From: Octopus vulgaris
Taxonomy: Eukaryota
NCBI GenBank assembly: GCA_951406725.2
Contig: OX597821.1
Coordinates: 15,128,001-15,192,000 of the forward strand
Reading direction: 5' to 3'
Length of the DNA: 64,000 nt
Position 1 is the stretch's first letter. Every line of letters starts with the position of its first letter. Below, piece after piece: positions 58,659-64,000 of the stretch. Under the pieces are notes generated by a model. It made no database searches, was not told the origin of the DNA, and saw only the letters and a list, made by a program, of their open reading frames with translations. The translations under genes were made by a program, and so were the position numbers.

Positions 58659-58830
58659 CAAATAGTATAGATATATAGATATATAGATAGACACACACAC
58701 ATATATATATATACAGAAAGATAGAGGAACCGAGACATACGTACATAAATAGAGGTTATACATACATACATAGATGTTTATATATATATATATATATATA
58801 TATAGATAGATAGACACACACACATATATA
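58493..58830. repeat. Tandem duplication, period about 220 bp, including microsatellites
   Basis: ACAGAAAGATAGAGGAACCGAGA..ACATAAATAGAGGTTATACATAC..AGATGTTTATATA at 58493 and 58713. Confidence 0.9.
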
Positions 58831-58846
58831 TGTACACATATATATA

Positions 58847-58900
<54 letters not shown>

Positions 58901-59251
58901 TCGTATGTATATTTACAGAGAGATATCAAGATAGATAGCGTAAGAAAGAAAGAGAGGAGAGAGAGAGAGAGGGAGAGAGAGAGAGAGAGAGAGATAAACT
59001 TCCACTTGCTGAATCTAGTAATAGACAGTCGGGAAGAATTGAAAGAAACAGAGAAAATATACTTGGTTTTAATTGCCTTCTTACAAGAACGCTAGTTGCT
59101 ACGTCTCTTGTCGGAGAAGATTCAAGCATACATGCATACATACATACATACAAATGCAAGCATCCTGTTGTCGATGTTATTATTCCAATGAAGGAGTCTT
59201 GGCTCTAGGTTTGATTTCTATTGGCAAGAAATCTTGAAATAAAACTGAACA

Positions 59252-59480
59252 GGCGCAGGAGTGGCTGTGTGGTAAGAAGCTTGTTTACCAACCACATGGT
59301 TCCGGGTTCAGTCCCACTGTGTGGCATCTTGGGCAAGTGTCTTCTACTATAACCTCGGGCCGACCAAAGCCTTGTGAGTGGATTTGGTAGATGGAAACTG
59401 AAAGAAGCCCGTCGTATATATGTATATATATATATATGCGTGTGTGTGTTTGTGTGTCTCTGTTTGTCCCCCTAGCATTG
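59252..59480 (+). mobile_element. 5' half of SINE group B
   Basis: A box TGGCTGTGTGG, B box GGTTCAGTCCC, CORE-like CTTGGGCAAGTGTCTT; stops at CCCCCTAGCATTG. Confidence 0.92.
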
Positions 59481-59527
59481 ATGTATGTATGTATGCATGC
59501 ATGTATGTTTATGTATGTATTTGTCAT

Positions 59528-59743
59528 TCTTTTACTCTTTTACTCTTTTACTTGTTTCAGTCATTTGACTGCGGCCATGCTGGAGCACCGCCTTTAATCG
59601 AGGAAATCGACCCCGGGACTTATTCTTTGTTAACCCAGTACTTATTCTATCGTTCTCTTTTGCCGAACCGCTAGGTGACGGGGACGTAAACACACCAGCA
59701 TCGGTTGTCAAGCAATGCTAGGGGGACAAACACAGACACACAA

Positions 59744-59792
<49 letters not shown>

Positions 59793-59957
59793 TACGACAG
59801 GCTTCTTTCAGTTTCCGTCTACCAAATCCACTCACAAGGCATTGGTCAACCCGGGGCTATAGCAGAAGACACTTGCCCAGGATGCCACGCAGTGGGACTG
59901 AACCCGCAAACATGTGGTTGGTTAGCAAGCTACTTACCACACAGCCACTCCTGCGCC
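59528..59957 (-). mobile_element. Full-length SINE group B
   Basis: Complete head, internal microsatellite and (GAGTAAAA)n tail. Confidence 0.93.
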
Positions 59958-60735
59958 ACTGTTCGAAAACATTAATTATGTCTGTATATTCTTGTGTGCG
60001 CGTTTCATATTGATATATTATATAAATATCAATTCTATATCACCCACATCGTAGAAATGTAAATTAATGTTAGCGATGTAACACGCACAGAGTAGCACAA
60101 ATCCTGCCTCACTTATTCCAGCTAATCACTTTTTTCATTAGTCATTTTTCTTTTAAAACTGTATCTACCTTGTGTCACATGGTTTTGAATTTTACATCAC
60201 ACTGAAGAAATACTGTTTACATATGCGATTAAAGTGCTAATATTTTTACTAAATAAGTATTAAAAGAAATAAATGGTTTTAAAATTGAAAAGAAATAAAT
60301 TAAATATGATTATTAATTATTATTGCTACGGCGTAACTCTGGACAAGATATTTTTTCTCGCTAAAGTGAAAGAGAGTAACGAATTTAAATCACAGTTTTG
60401 AAATGAGAAATCCCGGTTGTTTTAATCTCAATAAACAATTTCTTAAACGCATTGGTTTGATAAATGTGTTGAACCAAATTTATATCGCCTTCTCGTTAAT
60501 TTTTGCGTTAACACACAAATATAGCAGCAAATTATTACTTGAAGAAAAAATTTGAAAGGATGAGCTAGCCGGATTTTGGAGAAAAAACCCACCACGAAAT
60601 CTTATTGCGAAAAAGTAACAACGCCCACCTCACAAAAAAAAAGGGAAAAAAGATTATGTCCATTCGATGCTTTCTTCTACATTTCCCTCTTTCGCTCTAC
60701 ATGAGCACAGACACACAAATACACACGCATGTTTG

Positions 60736-60789
<54 letters not shown>

Positions 60790-63097
60790 TATACATACAT
60801 TTATGATATATATATATATAGATAGATAGATAGAGAGAGAGAGAAAGAGAGAGAGAGTGAAAGAGAGGGAGATATGATTTGAAAATGAGGACAAAAAGAT
60901 ACTGTGAGTACATTCATTCATTTCCGCTTTCATATTCTTAAAAACAACTTTTCCTATCTACGTATTTATTATTTTTAGATCTTAAATTTGACAATAGAGA
61001 GAAAAAGTCCAATTTAGACTGATATAGGCATATGTGTTAATATTTCAATGTTTTCTTACCAGAATGTATAGAGGAAAAATATTAAATATGATTGTGAATT
61101 GAATTTTAGTGTTTATTACTTAGATGCACTGTTATGTTACAGATTTATCCCATTGCAGCTAATTAAGAATGTTGGGGGCTGCAAAATTCCGCTTGTGAAT
61201 GGGAAATACCAGCTTCGTAATACGCTTACATTACTGATTAATAATGTTAATGACTCATGTTCGACCACTCTCTAGGCTAAATTATCTCCCTTCTATATTT
61301 AAATCATGTAACGTTCGCATATTTCAATATATCGTTGATAAAAATAGATTATGATTGATAACATATAGATAATATATTCATTTTATGAATGGGTATATAA
61401 ACGCCTGTTTAAAATTACTTTACTACACTCCGGAATTACCATAGTTTATTTCTGAGTTACTGAGGTTTCTCAACGCTTCTGTAAGTCCCTGATAAGGTTG
61501 ATTGGCTGAAAATTTTGGGAACCCACGATCCATAAGAGTAATTTTGTGTATATTATGTTTACACAAAATGTTTTATCTAAATATATCACTTATAATCACC
61601 TGTAAATACAGATCTGAATACTTTGTTATTTTTGCCATTTAATAATTAAAGTATTTAATAATATACAAGATAGGTTTGTCTGACAACGTTTTGTATAATA
61701 TAATTTACCATTTGATGTGCGGCTAATAGTCAATACTTTTTACTTCTATGACTATTGATTTCAAGGAGATATTTGTTGCTTTGAAAGATACTAGAGTCAT
61801 TGAAAATATTACCTTCTAGTATTGGATATTAGTCTATCAGTCACTTTCTATCTGACTAGATTTCTCAAGAGATATATTAAGATTGATTTTCTTTTTTAGT
61901 TTTGCTTTGAGCTATTCTTTGTTATATTCATTTGTTTTCTTGTAAGTTCTGACTTCAGAGCTGAACGAGAAATTCTTTTATCACCAGTCTTAATTACCAA
62001 GTTCACACCACTTAGAACCAAAACGCATTTTATATTTTCAGTGATAGTTTCGTACCGAATAATAATGTATATACTTTATACGTATGTATGTATGCATGTA
62101 TTACACATATATATAAAGAAAAAGAGAGGAGAGAAGAGTGGGGGAGAGACAGATTAAGGTGGAAATTGTTTTAAACTCATATATTTTGATATTAGTATTC
62201 CTAAATTCACACAAATTTCACGCATATATAACCATACTTTTCCATTGAATTATCAATAAACATGTTTTTTTGTCTCTGCCGCTAACATCCTCACAAGAAA
62301 GATGTCTGATCAGATTCACTATGTGCGCTCAGGTCTAATCTTACTAGGATTTAGTCAGCTCTAGTATCATCTGATTAGTGGTACCATCGGTTATCAGTTC
62401 AAGTTTCATAGCATTAACACTTTTCAATATATTCTTATCTATGAACTATTTCATCTATGCTTTAACCATTTAGCTTTGGTAAGATTGCTAATGTAAGATT
62501 ATATGTTATGTGAGTGAATTCTCTTTAGTCTACAGTTACTCTAAATATCCTTATTTTTTATGTTCTTGAAGTAGTTTGTAGAAAATACATATTGATATTG
62601 TATGCAATCTGTGCTATTAAATCGAATTCCTAAATTCATTGGTATTAATATTGCTATAAGATTGACTAGAAATGTTAGATTCAAATGTAGAATTACATTT
62701 ATTGAAAGATTTAAAAACAATTTACTCAATAAACTTTCTCAGTTTTGGCTTAGTTGCTTCTACGTTGTTCGTGTATTTGTGCAGCAACCTCGCAACCTTT
62801 GATCTTCTCTTATTTATTTATTGCTTTCAAGAAATGACCGATAAACTGAGGGCCACGAGCTAATCGTAACTCGCTGCATCATTCCAGTCGAACGCACATG
62901 TAATTGAATATATAATGATGCATGTAAAATTATTTGTTTCTTTATAATTCTATGATCAGTGAACAATAAAATTCATATCCATCCATCCATCCATCCATCC
63001 ATACATACACATATATATAGGTGAGCATATGAGTGGAGAAACTAAGTGGAAAAAATAGTAATCGAATACTTTATTAAAGCTGCAAAATTATCTAAAG

Positions 63098-63135
63098 ACC
63101 GTTACATAGTTTCACATGCCCGTTCGTCAGACTAC
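63098..63135 (-). ncRNA. Minimal hammerhead-like motif with intact core but weak stems
   Basis: Minus strand GTAGT-CTGACGA-ACG ggca TGT-GAAA-CTATG-TA-ACGGT. Confidence 0.45.
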
Positions 63136-63191
63136 AACTGTTCCTCTGAGGAACAGTCTTGAGATAATTTAGCATCTTTAATAAAAGTATA

Positions 63192-63273
63192 TAAATGGCG
63201 GTGCCCCAGCTAAATGGCGGTGCCCCAGCATGGCCACAGCTCATAAGCTGAAACTAGAATCAATCAATCAATC
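63192..63273 (+). mobile_element. Isolated retroposon 3' tail related to the SINE B tail, with a 19-bp tandem duplication and (ATCA)n end
   Basis: TAAATGGCGGTGCCCCAGC twice, then ATGGCCACAGCTCATAAGCTGAAACTAG and AATCAATCAATC. Confidence 0.7.
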
Positions 63274-64000
63274 ATGTGTGTGTGTACGTGTGTGCGCATG
63301 TGGGTGGTTGGGCTTGGGGCATGTGTGTATAAAAGAGCAAAATTATAATTGTTTGGTATTTTTCTAGTGGACTTAGAAAATTTAATGTTCTACATTAATA
63401 AAAATATAAATAGATAAATAAATAAAAAGTTACTTTAGTTGACGAACAAAAAACATTTTTCTGCTGTTATATTTAAGGCAGTAACTATTTTCACGTGTCT
63501 AAATGAATACATCACACAAAAACAGTTCCATACACAGCTGAAAATGACAAGAAGGAGGCCTGGCACAAAGTATGTCCGTTTATGACATGAAATAAACTGG
63601 TTGGTATTACCACGTTCATTCTGAATCTGAAATAGTAATCCTTCAGCCCAACTAAAAATATTTTAAAAGCCGTTTTACACACGGCATTTACCTACTTTTA
63701 AGGTAATTTAACATGCGGAAAATCCTTCATCATTATAAGTGAGTCTAAAAGTTTTTTTTGTTTTTAAAGTACAGATTTCTACGCCTTTGTATGATCATGG
63801 TTGCATAATTCTATCCGTTTTCACTTGAAAGACACAGAAATCTTTCCAATCCTGCCACCCATTTACAAATGTCTGCTTTAAAATATTGAAGAAGTTTTCA
63901 TGCTTCCATTGTTTCTCTCCTTATCTCTTTTAATGAATCTGCTGTTTTTTTGTTGTTGTCTGTACTGCATTATGCAATTATACTGCTATGGCGCAATGTT

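Overview
Very AT-rich, microsatellite-dense eukaryotic DNA. The SINE families point to an octopod cephalopod (probably Octopus); this is inferred from sequence recall, not a database search. I can support no host protein-coding gene: nearly all ORF-track entries are translations of (TA)n/(CA)n/(TAGA)n/(TAA)n or of antisense repeats, so the window looks intronic or intergenic. It holds about 35 copies or fragments of three tRNA-headed SINE groups, decayed non-LTR retrotransposon pieces (two RTE-clade, one R4/Dong-like in (TAA)n, one I/Nimb-like, one probable LINE tail in (TAGA)n), a mariner remnant, a TIR MITE with 8-bp TSD, a non-autonomous Helitron and multi-kb (TA)n tracts. Most interesting signals: (1) about nine type I hammerhead-ribozyme (HHR) motifs in five or six unrelated short elements, many in or beside (TA)n. 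They include two fold-back elements with one HHR per arm, a tandem HHR dimer split by an RTE insertion, and a near-perfect HHR at 16089-16176, consistent with Penelope-like pLTR or retrozyme remnants. (2) Two cases where about 190 bp of nearby unique DNA was copied into a transposon about 1 kb away; one copy starts exactly at a candidate splice acceptor. (3) Evidence within the window for SINE-LINE tail sharing and SINE module swapping.
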